Assembly (NCBI GenBank): GCA_038319675.1 | Contig: JBBQDM010000001.1 | Coordinates: 166,457-230,456 of the forward strand | Origin: Vicinamibacterales bacterium | GTDB lineage: Bacteria; Acidobacteriota; Vicinamibacteria; Vicinamibacterales; SCN-69-37 | Direction: 5' to 3' | DNA length: 64,000 nucleotides | Part shown: piece by piece, positions 1 to 9,544 of the stretch | Position numbering within the stretch: the stretch's first letter is position 1 | Layout of the letters: every line of letters starts with the position of its first letter | The notes under the pieces: generated by a model | What the model was told of the DNA's origin: nothing | Database searches by the model: none | The model's input: only the letters and a program-made list of their open reading frames with translations | Position numbers and translations under genes: made by a program

Positions 1-2292
1 GATGCGACTGTCATTCTGGATGTGGCCAAGCCGGTAGCCCAGATGCACGGGGCCGTGCCTTGAGAGGTCCATGGCCGAGGAACGCATCTGCGCAAAGAGC
101 CGCCGCTCGAGGTCTTCACCGCCGTCATGCGCCGCATACATCGCCGCAAAATATTGCGCCAGGCCTTCGCTCAGCCACTGTTCGTGGTAATTTTTCCAGC
201 CCACCGCCTGTCCCCACCACTGATGAGCCACTTCGTGGGCGAGGAAAAAGAAGGGATGGCCGTGCAGCGCCACCGGATCGTCGCGCCACGACAGGGTGGT
301 GGGCAGGGTGGGCTGGTTCCACAGGGCGAAGTACGCCGGGCTGTGTCCGCTGGGCAGTTCGGCATCCAGGGTGGCGAGGGTAAAGTTGGGGTACGGGGCT
401 TCGCCGATCACCCCGGAGTAAAACGACACGATGTCGGCTACACGCTCGGGCAGCGACCGGTTGCTGCGCAGCAGCCGAGGCGTGGCGACCACATCCACGG
501 CAACGGCGTCCGAAGGCAGCGCCCCCTCCACCTCGGTGTCCGCGCCCACCAACGCCGATCCAGCCACGGCTGGCGCCTGGGCTGATCTCGTGCCGACCGG
601 CACGAACCGGCTGACCAGAGCGGCTACGTACCGCAGGGGGCGGTCGGCCAGAAACTGCACGGTGCGCATGGCGCGGGAATCCCCGGTGCGCCCCGTGGGA
701 TCGGGCATCTGCGACACGGTGGAGTTGATGAGGTTCCCGCTCGCCACGACCTGGAACTGTGCCGGCAGCGTGATCTGCAGCGCCGCAGTGGCAAAATCCG
801 TGACGGTCGCCTGCGGATACCAGTACGTGCGGTTCGAGTAGAGGTATCGCGGCTCCGGGGGAATCACGATGTCCTGCATCCCGAGCGGGTTGGGGGCCCC
901 CTGGGCCACCTGTCCTTCCACGTCGATGGCTTCCCGGTCCACGGCCTGCGGGGGCAGGCGGCCCGAATAAAACACGTCCAGCACCAGGCGGCTGTCTCGC
1001 GGCAGCGCCTGCGGCAGACTCACCAGCACACCGCTCTGGCCCGACACGCGCAGGGCCAGCACCCGCCCAAGCTCGGGCGACGAAATGGACGAGACCGCCA
1101 ATGACTCTGCGAGCTTGAGCGACAACGTCGAGAGACCATCCACCTTCGTACGCAGGCGCAACGTGCCGCGCCCACTGATCCAGTCACGCTCAGGATCGAG
1201 CGTCACGTCGATGGCGTAGTGCTCCACGTCATAGGCGATCGCGTCATCTTCCGAGTAGTAGGGCCCCCGGGTCAGGAGTCGTTCAGGTGAGGCATACACC
1301 GAGATATTGCGACCGCGCTGACGATCAAACAGCGACACATCCTCCGCATCGTCAACCGATCGCACATACGTGAGGTTGCCATGGCGTCTGGTGCGCAGTT
1401 CTGCGAGTGTGTCGCCGGGCGGGGGCAAAAGGGACCAGCGAGCGGTGGTGAGGTCGCCGAGGTTCAGCGTGTAGCTGCGCCGGCCGAACTCCTCGAAGAT
1501 CTGTTGGGCCCGCGCAATATCACCAGGATGTGGGGTGGTCGGCACGAGCTGCGCGAGGTCCACACGCGACTGAAACTCGTACGGACTCAGACGCAAGAAC
1601 AGGCTCTCGATCGGGGTGTCGATCGACGGGCGACCACCAAACGCTCGAATCTGCACCTGTTCGGCCGGGTCCGCCGGCGCGAACACCATCTCGCCGCGAC
1701 CGCGAAACACCAGCGCGGTTGGCCCTTCGTCCACGCGGCCAAGAAACACGACGCCTGATGACAGGCGGACGGTCAATCCCGGGGCGGTGAACGTGAGATC
1801 GCGCACTTCGTACTGCTGGCTGATGTCGAGATCGAGTTGCACGAGACCATCCACAGCAGCAATGGGCGTCGCACTCGCAATCTCGTAGGAAACGGCCCCC
1901 TCGGCGGCCTGTGGGTGGCGCGGTTGCACCAGCAGTTGCCATGTCGCAATGCGTCCGTTCTTGCCGCGCCCGAGCAACATCTCGACCATCACCAGATAAC
2001 CGGGGCCTGTCGGGCGGCGATCCCGTTCACGCACCACCGCAAAGTTCTGCTCCGGAGCAAACGACGTGGCAGTGAAGATGGCGATTTCGCCTGACGACAT
2101 GGAGGCTGCGGTCAACAGCGGGAAGCCCTCGACCTGATTGCCCGCCAGAATGTTCTCGAGATCCGCCAGCAAAGTGACCACGCCATCGGCCTGCTGTGGA
2201 CGTTGGAGTTGCTGCGGTTGGATCGTCGATGTGGCGCCGATCGGGAGGCACAGCGCCAGCAGGCAGATGACCGCCAGGGCGTGCAGGCGCAT
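1..2292 (-). CDS. M1-family zinc metallopeptidase (aminopeptidase N-like), secreted; 3' end runs off the window
   Basis: Absent from the ORF track because no stop lies in-window. My manual minus-strand translation from ATG 2292-2290 stays open to nt 1 (764 codons). Signal-like N-terminus MRLHALAVICLLALCLPIGA. Gluzincin motif FFLAHEVAHQWWG (HEVAH = nt 237-223) followed by WLSEGLAQYF. Confidence 0.8.
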   Translation of the reverse strand, partial: MRLHALAVICLLALCLPIGATSTIQPQQLQRPQQADGVVTLLADLENILAGNQVEGFPLLTAASMSSGEIAIFTATSFAPEQNFAVVRERDRRPTGPGYLVMVEMLLGRGKNGRIATWQLLVQPRHPQAAEGAVSYEIASATPIAAVDGLVQLDLDISQQYEVRDLTFTAPGLTVRLSSGVVFLGRVDEGPTALVFRGRGEMVFAPADPAEQVQIRAFGGRPSIDTPIESLFLRLSPYEFQSRVDLAQLVPTTPHPGDIARAQQIFEEFGRRSYTLNLGDLTTARWSLLPPPGDTLAELRTRRHGNLTYVRSVDDAEDVSLFDRQRGRNISVYASPERLLTRGPYYSEDDAIAYDVEHYAIDVTLDPERDWISGRGTLRLRTKVDGLSTLSLKLAESLAVSSISSPELGRVLALRVSGQSGVLVSLPQALPRDSRLVLDVFYSGRLPPQAVDREAIDVEGQVAQGAPNPLGMQDIVIPPEPRYLYSNRTYWYPQATVTDFATAALQITLPAQFQVVASGNLINSTVSQMPDPTGRTGDSRAMRTVQFLADRPLRYVAALVSRFVPVGTRSAQAPAVAGSALVGADTEVEGALPSDAVAVDVVATPRLLRSNRSLPERVADIVSFYSGVIGEAPYPNFTLATLDAELPSGHSPAYFALWNQPTLPTTLSWRDDPVALHGHPFFFLAHEVAHQWWGQAVGWKNYHEQWLSEGLAQYFAAMYAAHDGGEDLERRLFAQMRSSAMDLSRHGPVHLGYRLGHIQNDSRI

Positions 2293-3451
2293 TACCCGTC
2301 GGCCCTCGTGAGGACGGCGACCGTCAAGTCGTCGGCCAGTCGCACGTCACCGGCGTGGGCTTCAACCGCGCTGATGATTGCGCGCGACAACGCTTCGGGG
2401 TCCCGTTCAGTCACGTGGTGAGCCAGGATTGTTTCCAGGCCCGAATCCTCGAAGGCACGACCCGTGCGGTTCTCGGCCTCGGTGATGCCGTCGGTGTAGA
2501 GCACCAGGGTGTCGCCGGGTGCGATGACGATGCGGCGCGACTCATAGGTCGCATGGTCAACATGCCAAGGGCCATGCCTCCGCCATCGAGGCGTGTGATT
2601 GTGCCATCACCACGTCGCAGCAGCGGTGGCAGATGCCCGGCGTTGACATACTCCAGCGCTCCCGTCGAGGGGTCGTAGAGTCCGTAGAAAAACGTGATGA
2701 ACCGTGAGCCCGGACTGTGGCGACAGATCTGGACGTTGAGCCGTGTGATCAGGCGCACCGCGTCGAGGCCTTCATCCACCAGGGTGCGCAACATGGCCAG
2801 CAACAGGGCCATCAACAACGCCGCTGGACTGCCTTTGCCGGCGACATCCCCGACCGCGATCATCATGCGTCCGTCGGCCCGCGGCAACATGTCGTAGAAG
2901 TCGCCGCCCACCGTGTTGGCCGGCCGTGTGGTGCCAAACACACGCGCGTCGCCGATGGTATGTTCGCCACGCGGCAACATCGCAATCTGAATGTCGCGCG
3001 CGATCTCGAGGTCGCTCTTGAGCGAGAGCCGGTCGGCCACCTCCATCAACACCAGCAGGTGGATCGCCAGAAAACCGAGCACCATCCATGACGTGCCCTC
3101 CACCCACTGGGGCAGCCACAAGTACATGGTGAATGGCCACAACATCAGACGGATAGAGCCGAAGCCGTCGAACAAATCAAGCAGGCCGAACAGGAGCGCG
3201 ACCACGGCGAAGCCGTACAACACGCGCCGCCCGGGCGACAGGCGCATCGCGAACGCAATCAGAAACAGGCGGGCGTGAGTGGGCCACCGCTTGTACCAGG
3301 GCGCCGCAGCGAGCGCGGCCAGGTCGATGCCGCGCGAGAAGTAGTGATAGGCGTCCGCGGTGTCGCGCGTGAACAAGCGCTGGAACTCGGTACGGTCGAA
3401 TCCCCTCGTGTACTCGTCGAAGAAACTTTGCGGCCTGTCCTTCCGCGCCAT
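2292..3451 (-). pseudogene. SpoIIE/PP2C-family protein phosphatase with N-terminal membrane region; frame broken by an apparent 1-nt deletion near 2558-2563 (or a sequencing error)
   Basis: ORFs 2411..3451 (346 aa) and 2292..2504 (70 aa) are two halves of one PP2C domain. Frame A reads GGDFYDM, VGDVAGKG, YVNAGHLPPLL, LDGGGMALGM and then nonsense. Frame B continues DHATYESRRIVIAPGDTLVLYTDGITEAEN. Stop TAA overlaps the ATG of the downstream peptidase (TAATG, 2290-2294). Confidence 0.7.
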
Positions 3452-3534
3452 CAGATCACGCCCTACTCCGCATGAAAGCAGTCTACCCGACCCGGGTAAC
3501 GTCGATGTGTTCGCGGACGGACTGTTTCCGGAAC

Positions 3535-5538
3535 TCAGCGCACCCTGAATAAACGATCCGTGCCATCGCGCAGCAACTCGACGGCGCCGTGCGCGAGGAG
3601 CCAGTCGGCGACGATGGAGCGCTGGCTCGGGATGAAGCCGTCTTCATGGACAAGCACGTGCGTGGCACGGGCGCTGACCATGGCCCGCCACGCGGCGTCC
3701 GGGTCTGAATCGATCATTGACCAGACGAGCGCACGAACGCGCTGACTCTGTGGAAAAAACCCGGAGTACCCGTTCACCAACAGCCGACGGTGATACCCCG
3801 CGTAGAACATGGCCTGCAAATCCCACGCGGGTGCACCGAACGGAAACTCCACGAGCACCACGGGATCCGGTTCGTCGCGAATCACCTTGTAGATGGGCGG
3901 AAGGGCCGCGCCCGTGTGCAGGTCACGCGGAGTGGCCTGATACCCGTCAGCCGCGAGGCGCACGTTCGTCTGGAACGGGCCCGCCCAGAACTCTGCCAGG
4001 ATCAAGACGCCGGCGACTATCACTACGCCTGCCGCGAGGCGAGGTTGCCACCGGACCAGTGCCGCCACCCCGAAACCGGCGAGGCAGGCAAGGAACAGCG
4101 CCACCAGCATGAAAAATCTCGCCGGCACCCGGACGCCGTCAAACCCAGGCACGTACGCCACCAACCACGCGTACGGTCCGGTACCAATGACATGACCGGC
4201 CACGGTGATCTGCGGCCCAAGCGCGAGGAGGGAAGCCAGCACCGTCGCCATCGCGAAAAAACCCACCAGCGACCCGGAGACATCGTGCAGGTACCGACGG
4301 ACGCCTGCCGAGACGACAACCAACAACATCGTCAGCACCAGCAGGCCCACCAGCACCGCATTTGCCTGTCGGTGCACGGCCCAGACGCCATCCACCGGCA
4401 ACGGGAGTCCCCCGGTCACCAGGAAGATCAGCGCAGCGATCAGGCTGATGGACCACCATGCGGCGATCATGCCCACAAGGACATGTTGCCAGGGTCGGGT
4501 GAAAGGGCGGTGAGCGTCATGTGTCTGCCGACGTCGACGCGTCAGCCCTACAGCCACACCCAGCGCCGCAAGGATCACAATCGTGAGCCCCGGAAAGCCC
4601 TCGCCTTCGGCCTTCTGGTATCCCGGCAGCCGCTCCGCCCAGAACCACGACGCCGGAGAGGGGGTGACCAACGCATGGGTGTCGGCCGAGAACAGCGCGA
4701 TCTCTTCCGCCGTGCGCACCCCGACGTCAGTGTGGGCGCGCACATCGAAGTACGGAGCCAGAAACGGATACGTCGCTGCAAGTGCAATCGCGCCGGTGAC
4801 CATCCACGTGCGCCAGAGTGTCCACTCGCGCAACCGACCACGTGACGCCATTTCGTAGATCACATACAGCCCGACGAACGGCGCAAAAAACAGCAGGTAG
4901 TAGCCGCAGGAGAGATTCTGGAGGACCAGTGCCACCGTGCCGCCGATGAGCGGGCGCATGCGCCCCGTCTCGAAATAGCGTCGGTAGCCGTAGAGCACAA
5001 ACGGCATCCACTGCGCCGACAGCACCTGCAGATGCGAAAACTGTGAAAGACGATACGGCGCAAACGCAAACGCTAGGCCGGCCACCACACCGGCTGCCGT
5101 GCTGCCCGTCAACTCACGCACCAGCAGAAATGCACCCAGACCCGACAACACAAACGTCGAAAGAAACAGCAGGTTGTAGGCGAGCACAACGTTGTCTGTG
5201 GCCGCCAGCACCGGCAGTGCCTGGAGCATTTGCGGCACCATGTGTTCAGAAAAGGCGACCGTCAGTCGTTCGGGATAAAAGATGTTGCCGTGCCAGAAGC
5301 GGTTGAGCGCCGACAGGTCGCCGGAAAGGAATGCCAACACCTGCCCACCCGTCCACAGCAAGACCCAGCTGTTGAAGGCCGGGTCGCCCAGGTCCCACGC
5401 GATTTCGACGTCGATGACCGTGACCAATGGCCACGTGACAGCGATCGCCACCAGCGCATAAAACGCGACGACGAGGAGGTTATGGGCGCGGCGACCAGCG
5501 GGCATACCGGAGGATCGTCCACGCGGCCTGCACGGCAT
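3535..5538 (-). CDS. Polytopic membrane protein, putative GT-C-type glycosyltransferase (ArnT/PMT-like); start uncertain (5538 or 5505)
   Basis: 667-aa ORF with many hydrophobic helices followed by a soluble C-terminal region. It overlaps the 3' end of the upstream GT2 gene. The family call is by architecture and context only. Confidence 0.5.
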   Translation of the reverse strand: MPCRPRGRSSGMPAGRRAHNLLVVAFYALVAIAVTWPLVTVIDVEIAWDLGDPAFNSWVLLWTGGQVLAFLSGDLSALNRFWHGNIFYPERLTVAFSEHMVPQMLQALPVLAATDNVVLAYNLLFLSTFVLSGLGAFLLVRELTGSTAAGVVAGLAFAFAPYRLSQFSHLQVLSAQWMPFVLYGYRRYFETGRMRPLIGGTVALVLQNLSCGYYLLFFAPFVGLYVIYEMASRGRLREWTLWRTWMVTGAIALAATYPFLAPYFDVRAHTDVGVRTAEEIALFSADTHALVTPSPASWFWAERLPGYQKAEGEGFPGLTIVILAALGVAVGLTRRRRQTHDAHRPFTRPWQHVLVGMIAAWWSISLIAALIFLVTGGLPLPVDGVWAVHRQANAVLVGLLVLTMLLVVVSAGVRRYLHDVSGSLVGFFAMATVLASLLALGPQITVAGHVIGTGPYAWLVAYVPGFDGVRVPARFFMLVALFLACLAGFGVAALVRWQPRLAAGVVIVAGVLILAEFWAGPFQTNVRLAADGYQATPRDLHTGAALPPIYKVIRDEPDPVVLVEFPFGAPAWDLQAMFYAGYHRRLLVNGYSGFFPQSQRVRALVWSMIDSDPDAAWRAMVSARATHVLVHEDGFIPSQRSIVADWLLAHGAVELLRDGTDRLFRVR

Positions 5539-6187
5539 CCTTCAGGCCAATCTTCTTGCCGTCCGCATACGTGCGCCCGTGATACGAAATCGGCACTTCG
5601 TAGATGCGCACCCGCAGCCGTGCGATCTTGCACGTCATCTCCGGCTCCACGCCGAAACGCTTCGAGCGAAGGTCGAGGCGTGTTGCGACGTTGCGAGTGA
5701 AGGCCTTGTAGCAGGTCTCCATGTCCGTGAGGTTGAGGTCGGTGACGGCATTCGACAACAGCGTCAACATTTTGTTGCCGACCGAATGCCAGAAGTACAA
5801 CACCCGTTGACCGTGGGGTGACCCCTGAAAGCGGGATCCATAGACGACGTCCGCGTCACCGCGCAGAATCGGGCCGAGCAGACTGGAGTACTCCGCCGGG
5901 TCGTACTCAAGGTCGGCGTCCTGAATCAGCAGAATGTCGCCGGTGGCCTCACGAAATCCTCGCGCGACCGCGGCGCCCTTGCCCTGGTTGGGTGACTGGG
6001 TGAACACCCGAATCCCATCCCGCCCATCCATCGTCTTCAAAATGTCAGCCGTGCCATCCGACGAGGCATCGTCAACGATGATCAGTTCTTTGGTCATGCC
6101 CGGCAGATCGACGGCCAGCACGCGCTTGACGATCTCTTCGATTGTCCGCCGCTCGTTGTAGGCGGGCATGATGACGGAGAGCTTCAC
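5480..6187 (-). CDS. GT2 glycosyltransferase, polyprenol-phosphate sugar synthase-like
   Basis: 235 aa. MKLSVIMPAYNE, IVDDASSDGT and QDADLEYDP (DxD) motifs typical of GT-A/GT2 enzymes. GTG start. Confidence 0.8.
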   Translation of the reverse strand: MKLSVIMPAYNERRTIEEIVKRVLAVDLPGMTKELIIVDDASSDGTADILKTMDGRDGIRVFTQSPNQGKGAAVARGFREATGDILLIQDADLEYDPAEYSSLLGPILRGDADVVYGSRFQGSPHGQRVLYFWHSVGNKMLTLLSNAVTDLNLTDMETCYKAFTRNVATRLDLRSKRFGVEPEMTCKIARLRVRIYEVPISYHGRTYADGKKIGLKDAVQAAWTILRYARWSPRP

Positions 6188-7389
6188 TGTAGAAACTCCC
6201 CGGTGAACGTGGCGATGTCGTCGTAAATGGAGTGCAGCACGTCGGGTGTGGCGAGAAAGACGATGCGGAAGAAACCCTGGTCAGCTGGCAGACCGAACCC
6301 GGAGCCATAGACGCAGAGGACGCCGGTGGCACGCAACAGGCCGAGCACGTAATCCTCGTCGGTCTTGCCGGGCGGCAGATCCACTTTGGGCATGGCGTAA
6401 AACGCCGCGCGCGGAGCCACACAACGCATGCCGGGAATCTGATTCATGCGATCGACGGTCAGCTGCGAACGAATCGCCAGTTCTCGCACGAAGGTCTGTT
6501 GATGTGAGCGGTCGCCGGTCAAGGCCGCGTGGATGGCGTATTGCATCGGCCCCGTGCTGCACAGCCGGCCGTCGGCCAACTTCTTGATCGCCGCCAGCAC
6601 ATCGTCGAGGCGCGGCGACCGGCCGACGCAGAGCCATCCCGCACGCCATCCGGGCGCGACGTAGGCCTTCGACAGAGACGAGAACGAGATGATCGGTGCG
6701 TCCGGCGCCAGACTGCCGATGAGCGGCAACGGCCCGTCGAATCCAAGGTCCCCGTACACCTCGTCGGCAAGAATCGGAACCCCCGACTTCTCAGCGAGTT
6801 CGATGAGTGCCAGCCGCGTCGACTCCGGATAGACAGCGCCAGTCGGATTGTTGGGATCGATGATGACGATGGCCCTGGTGAGCGGCGACATTTTGCTCGC
6901 GATATCAGCGACGTCGGGCTGCCAGTCGTTGTCGGGGTCGGTCTTGTAGTACACCGCCTTGGCCCCGAGTTTGGCGAGCACGGCGGTATACAGCGGGTAG
7001 GTGGGCGTGGGGACGAGCACTTCGTCGCCCGCGTCTGCCAGTGCGCCCAGCGCGAGTTCGATGCCTTCGGATGTGCCCGACGTGAGGATCACGCGATCTG
7101 GACCGACGGGCATGCCGCGTTGTTCGTATTCGGCTGCGACGGCCTCGCGCGCAGGTGCCACGCCGACCGAGGCGGTATACCCGTTGTGCCCGTCGCGCAT
7201 GGCGCGTTCCACCGCCTCGATCAGGTGGGGCGGTGTCTTGAATCCGAACGGAATCGGGTCGCCGATGTTCAGATACCGGACAGGGGTGCCGGCCGCCTCC
7301 ACCTTGCGGGCTTCGGCGACGACGTTGCGGATGGCGTATGTGAAGCCGTGAATACGTGCGGCAACCCGCACCGGCGCCTGCGTCGGCAT
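6184..7389 (-). CDS. Class I/II PLP-dependent aminotransferase (alanine aminotransferase-like)
   Basis: ORF 6184..7665 trimmed to ATG 7389 (MPTQAPVRVAARIHGFTYAIRNV). NIGDP motif and PLP-lysine motif SFSSLSKAYVAPGWRAGW. The upstream 92 codons are low-complexity and overlap the divergent promoter region. Confidence 0.85.
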   Translation of the reverse strand: MPTQAPVRVAARIHGFTYAIRNVVAEARKVEAAGTPVRYLNIGDPIPFGFKTPPHLIEAVERAMRDGHNGYTASVGVAPAREAVAAEYEQRGMPVGPDRVILTSGTSEGIELALGALADAGDEVLVPTPTYPLYTAVLAKLGAKAVYYKTDPDNDWQPDVADIASKMSPLTRAIVIIDPNNPTGAVYPESTRLALIELAEKSGVPILADEVYGDLGFDGPLPLIGSLAPDAPIISFSSLSKAYVAPGWRAGWLCVGRSPRLDDVLAAIKKLADGRLCSTGPMQYAIHAALTGDRSHQQTFVRELAIRSQLTVDRMNQIPGMRCVAPRAAFYAMPKVDLPPGKTDEDYVLGLLRATGVLCVYGSGFGLPADQGFFRIVFLATPDVLHSIYDDIATFTGEFLQ

Positions 7390-7474
7390 GGCGACGATCC
7401 TATCTGAACTTGAGCCCGACGGGCTGCAGGGGGATGGAGTCGGAGCCGAAAAGACGTGTCTGAGGTTCATCCCC

Positions 7475-8074
7475 ATGAGATATCCCCATCCGTCCGCCGT
7501 TGGTATTGCCCTGCTGCTGGGGCTGCTCGCCGCACCCGCCGTCGTGTCTGCCCAGAGCGTGGCGATTGGGCCCCGCCTGAGCCTGGTCCGCGGTGACCTG
7601 GCGACCGATACTCCCTCGTCCCGGTTGTTCGGCGGCACCATGCGCATGCGCTCGTCGTCGTTCACCGCGCTGGAACTGTCGATGGATTACCGGGTGACCC
7701 ACAACGAGGCCCGCACCGAACGCGTGCGTGAAACACCGATGCAGGCGTCGTTGCTGGTGATGCCCTTCCGGTCGCTGCTGGCTCCGTATGCGCTGGGTGG
7801 TGTGGGGCTGTACTCCAGCAAGGTCGACCTGATGGGCCCCGAAAACGTGATTCTGGACAGCAGTCTGGAGCGGCGCATTGGCTGGCACGCCGGCTTCGGG
7901 GCTGAGCTCAAGCTGGGTCGTCGCGCGGGGGTGTTTCTGGACTACCGGTACCAGTTCATCAACTTCAGTCGCAACGATGATCCTGACGCCGATTCGATCA
8001 TCCCCGGGCTGGAGCGCGTCAAATTCTCGCACCAGGGGTCGATGTGGACCAGCGGGGTCGCGTTCTATTTTTAG
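7475..8074 (+). CDS. Outer-membrane beta-barrel protein (OmpW/OmpA-like porin family)
   Basis: ORF 7388..8074 trimmed to MRYPHPSAVGIALLLGLLAAPAVVSAQS (signal peptide), with GAGG 9 nt upstream. Alternating amphipathic strands. C-terminal WTSGVAFYF ends in an aromatic residue. Confidence 0.7.
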   Translation: MRYPHPSAVGIALLLGLLAAPAVVSAQSVAIGPRLSLVRGDLATDTPSSRLFGGTMRMRSSSFTALELSMDYRVTHNEARTERVRETPMQASLLVMPFRSLLAPYALGGVGLYSSKVDLMGPENVILDSSLERRIGWHAGFGAELKLGRRAGVFLDYRYQFINFSRNDDPDADSIIPGLERVKFSHQGSMWTSGVAFYF

Positions 8075-8128
8075 ACGTCGGGTGTCTTTTTCCGATCTCA
8101 GCGATGCAGAAAAAGACACCCGACGTCT
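8073..8128. terminator. Perfect 19-bp inverted repeat (18-nt loop) between convergent genes; likely intrinsic terminator
   Basis: AGACGTCGGGTGTCTTTTT (8073-8091) pairs with AAAAAGACACCCGACGTCT (8110-8128) with no mismatch. The left arm starts inside the TAG stop of the OMP gene. A T-rich tract (TTCCGATTCTTGTTTT) follows. Confidence 0.7.
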
Positions 8129-8155
8129 TTCCGATTCTTGTTTTGAGGGCGCTGA

Positions 8156-9454
8156 TCAACTCTTCGCCAGCCTCTCCATCGCCCCGATAAACGTATCCAC
8201 ATCGTCGAGTGTGGTGTAGACGTTCGGCGTCACACGAACGCCGGCGTATTCGGGGTTGTCGGCTGGGCCCACGGTGATGGGCGTCACGATGATGCGATGG
8301 TCGGCCCAGAGTTTCGAGACGATCTCGCCCGGCGTGATGCCGTCGATGCCCACGGTGCCAATCGCACACGAGTGGGCGGGGTCCAGGCTGGTGTGTAGGC
8401 GAACACGCGGGAGCTGGGTGAGTCGTTCGGCCCAACGTGCCTTCAGGTAGCGCAGCCGTGCGGCTTTGCGCTCAATGCCGATGCCGCGGTGGAAGACCAT
8501 CGCTTCGGCAATGGCATTGTGATTAGCGGCCGGGTGTGTGCCGATCTCCTCAAACTTCTTGATGCTGGTGTTGAGGCCCACCGCCGGCGGCTGCAGGGCC
8601 CATGTCTTCTCGATGCGGTCGGGTCGCACATAGAGCAGCCCGGTGCCGATGGGTGCGAGCAACCACTTGTGCAGGCTTGATCCGTAATAGTCGCAATCGA
8701 AGTCGGTGATCTGGAAGGGGAAGTGTGCGTAGGCGTGTGCGCCGTCAACGATGGTGAGAATACCCCGCGCGTGAGCCATGTCGCAGATCTCTTTGGCGGG
8801 GAAGATGTGGCCGGTGAGATTGGTGATGTGGCAGAAGTGGATCACCTTGGTGGCCGGTGTGATCGCGCGTTCAAAACGCTGCAGGAGGTCGGCCTGGGTC
8901 GGCGGCACAGGGAACGCGATCTTCGTCAGTTTGATGCCGTCCCGTGTCACGCGTTGTTCCCAGGTCTGCAGCATGCGGCCATAGTCCTGGTTGGTGGTAA
9001 GCACTTCGTCGCCCGGTCTGAGGTCGATGCCCAGTTGTGCCGTCTGCAGAGATTCACTGGCGTTGCGGGTGATCGCGATGGTGGCGGGGTCGGCACCGAT
9101 GTCGCGGGCGAGTTCGCGCCGCACGCTCTCGATGTTGGGCTCGAGCACCTGCCACATGTGGTAGACCGGAGACTGGTTCGAGATGTCGAGGTACCGCTTG
9201 AGCGCCTCGTGCACCACGCGCGGACTGGGGCAGACACCACCGTTGTTCAAGTTGATGATCGTGCGGTCGAGGGTGAAGCCCTGCTGGATCTCGCGCCAGT
9301 AGTCTTCGTCGCGCGCCACGTCCAGCGGCGACCGCCCGGCTTGTGAGGCGCTGGCTTCCAGCACCCGTGGGAGGGCGTCGAGATTGTAGGTCGCGAGCGC
9401 GGCAAATCCGGCCGCGTGACCGGTGCGATGGAGGAACTGGCGTCGGTTCAGCAT
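8156..9454 (-). CDS. Class V-fold PLP-dependent enzyme (cysteine desulfurase/isopenicillin-N epimerase-like) with twin-arginine signal
   Basis: 432 aa. N-terminus MLNRRQFLHRTGHAAGFAALA (RRxFL Tat motif). PLP-lysine context SSLHKWLLAPIGTGLLYV. Confidence 0.75.
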   Translation of the reverse strand: MLNRRQFLHRTGHAAGFAALATYNLDALPRVLEASASQAGRSPLDVARDEDYWREIQQGFTLDRTIINLNNGGVCPSPRVVHEALKRYLDISNQSPVYHMWQVLEPNIESVRRELARDIGADPATIAITRNASESLQTAQLGIDLRPGDEVLTTNQDYGRMLQTWEQRVTRDGIKLTKIAFPVPPTQADLLQRFERAITPATKVIHFCHITNLTGHIFPAKEICDMAHARGILTIVDGAHAYAHFPFQITDFDCDYYGSSLHKWLLAPIGTGLLYVRPDRIEKTWALQPPAVGLNTSIKKFEEIGTHPAANHNAIAEAMVFHRGIGIERKAARLRYLKARWAERLTQLPRVRLHTSLDPAHSCAIGTVGIDGITPGEIVSKLWADHRIIVTPITVGPADNPEYAGVRVTPNVYTTLDDVDTFIGAMERLAKS

Positions 9455-9544
9455 GGGTTACCCTCAGAAATTCTCGACTTTCAGCCCGAAAACACGCGGA
9501 TCATAGCCCGTACGGTGGCACAATAGCGCACAAAAGGGGGCAAC

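Noticed and set aside
7390-7665. N-terminal extension of the aminotransferase ORF, and the ATG 7388 start of the OMP ORF
   Set aside because: The extension is low-complexity and crosses the divergent intergenic region. Family-typical N-termini begin at 7389 (minus strand) and 7475 (plus strand, signal peptide).
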